Source of the DNA: Ranitomeya imitator
Taxonomy: Eukaryota
Assembly (NCBI RefSeq): GCF_032444005.1
Contig: NC_091284.1
Location: 94,240,001-94,304,000 of the forward strand
DNA length: 64,000 nt
Reading direction: 5' to 3'
The position numbers were made by a program, and so were the translations under genes. Positions 62,241 through 64,000 of the stretch are shown one piece after another. The notes beneath the pieces are model-generated. The model was not told the DNA's origin, ran no database searches, and worked only from the letters and a program-made list of their open reading frames with translations. The first letter of the stretch is position 1. Each line of letters begins with the position of its first letter.

Positions 62241-62362
62241 ACATAGTAACATAGTAACATAGTTAGTGAGGCCGAAAAAAGACATTTGTCCATCCAGTTC
62301 AGCCTATATTCCATCATAATAAATCCCCAGATCTACGTCCTTCTACAGAACCTAATAATTGT
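62241..62362 (-). mobile_element. CR1-type LINE 3' end inserted into a T2-MITE remnant
   Basis: (ACATAGTA)n octamer tail; flanked by the interrupted hairpin AATTGACAGGTCT / AGACCTGTCAATT. Confidence 0.6.
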
Positions 62363-63229
62363 AGACCTGTCAATTATCTGGAGCGATACGGGAAGAAGCA
62401 GTCCAGGGTTCGGCACCAGATGAGAAGCATTTCAGAGAAATATACCTGACTGCAATCGTGGAGCCCGGCTCCAATCCATGCTACCTGTGGATTAGGCAAC
62501 ATGAATCAAGTTACAGGTTCCCTTTAAAGAAAAAAAAAGTGTATGGTAAAAAAAAAAGGAGATAGTAATACTGGGAATTGACAAGCCAAAGCCGGAGGCT
62601 GCACATCTGTAAGGTTCTGATGACAACATTTCCTCTACTAATATCTATCAGGTGCAGTTTTACCACGAGACCTTCTGTGGAATCACATTACTCAATATAT
62701 TCATATGAGCAATACACCTAATGGATCTGAGCAGCTGACAATATGCATGGGAACATGAACATGGAAGGTTTGGGGAAATTAACAAATGAGCTTTATGCCA
62801 ACACTAACTGATGTATGTATGGATTCCTTGAGCCATGTTCACACTGAGTTTTGAGGAGTTATTTGGGTTGTTTTGTTTGTTTTGAGTGGATTGACTCAAA
62901 TGTACTCTTCAAATAAGAAAAACGTGTCCAAATCGTTTTTATGGGAAATCCATTTGTGATTAATATTAAGAGTTTGAGCATTTTTTTTTTCCTGAAAAGA
63001 CTTTCAAAGACTGACAGAGGGAAGAAAAAAAAATGCATGTCCTTTCTTTGAAGTGGATCATGATAGAATCCTCTCCAAACCAGGCAGTGTCAAATAAAAA
63101 GGCTACAAGGAGTAGTAAGGGTAGAAACGGTTCCAAAACTCTGCAAAATTGTTTCACATTAGACATCAAGAAAAGAAACTTAAAACAACAATTTAAAAAA
63201 AAAAAAAAAAAAAGGCTCGGTTTCTGAAA

Positions 63230-64000
63230 GGCCATGTTCACACGTTCCTGATTTCCCTGCTGTTTTTTCTGCACTAAAAACCGCAGCTCTTGGCAGAAAA
63301 CGCAGGTCCTTTTTTTGATGCTTTTTTGATGCGTTTTTTGGTGCAGTTTTTTATGCAGTTTTCTCTGCAGAGTCTGTGTGTTTTCTAGGAAGTTTTTTTA
63401 GGGTTAAAATGGCTGAAAATACCCTAACCCTACCCCTACCCCTACCCCAATTCTAACCTTAGTGGGAAAAAAAAAAAATTCTTTATTTTTTTTATTGTCC
63501 CTACCTATGGGGGTGACAAAGGGGGGGGGGGTCATTTACTATTTTTTTTATTTTGATCACTGAGATATAACCTATCTCAGTGATCAAAATGCACTTTGGA
63601 ACGAATCTGCCGGCCGGCAGATTTGGCGGGCGCACTGCGCATGCGCCCGCCATTTTGCAAGATGGCGGCGCCCAGGGAGAAGACGGCCGGACGGACACCG
63701 GGAGGCCGGGTAAGTATAAGGGGGGGAGATGAGGGCACAGGGGGGCGTCGGAGCACGAGGGGGGGGGGGGCAGCCACACTGCAGCGGTTCTGCACCACAA
63801 ACCGCAGAAAACCCGCAGATATTTTTTTTCATCTGCGGGTTTTACTGCGGGTTTGACCTCACAATGGAGGTCTATGAGTGCAGAACCGCTGCAGTTCCGC
63901 AAAAAGAAGTGACATGGTACTTCTTTTTTACCGCAGCTATTCAGCGCGGCTTTTTTTGCGATTTTCCGCAATGTGGGCACAGCAGTTCCTGTTTTCCATA
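63230..64000. mobile_element. Second copy of the composite Harbinger-type MITE (runs off the window end)
   Basis: GGCCATGTTCACACG start; colinear with 53656-54500, including the CCCTAA tract and NRF1/YY1 module. Confidence 0.85.

Overview
Vertebrate, almost certainly anuran (frog), non-coding genomic DNA. The lineage call is an inference from the repeat families present. The window is densely packed with nested transposable elements, and no host gene exon could be identified with confidence. Retroelements: a minus-strand L1 with intact 5' end, ORF1 and ORF2; two nested L2 LINEs; a CR1 3' end; Gypsy-type LTR pieces; and a young Penelope-like element (RT plus GIY-YIG) with smaller Penelope-type remnants. 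DNA transposons: several Tc1/mariner copies, including a DD37E (TRT-like) copy and a DD34E copy whose transposase is intact except for a MITE at codon 3; piggyBac-like elements, one with a transposase pseudogene; many PIF/Harbinger-type and Kolobok/T2-type MITEs; and a non-autonomous Helitron loaded with tandem arrays. There are also minisatellites and two N gaps. The most interesting signals are (1) four minimal type I hammerhead-ribozyme motifs, two of which carry a compensatory A3-U8 swap of the conserved C3-G8 core pair; (2) a Harbinger MITE family carrying a CCCTAA/NRF1/YY1/splice-donor module shared with piggyBac-like elements; and (3) outward-facing consensus 5' splice donors recurring in unrelated MITE families. 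Most ORFs in the supplied track are spurious products of repeats.
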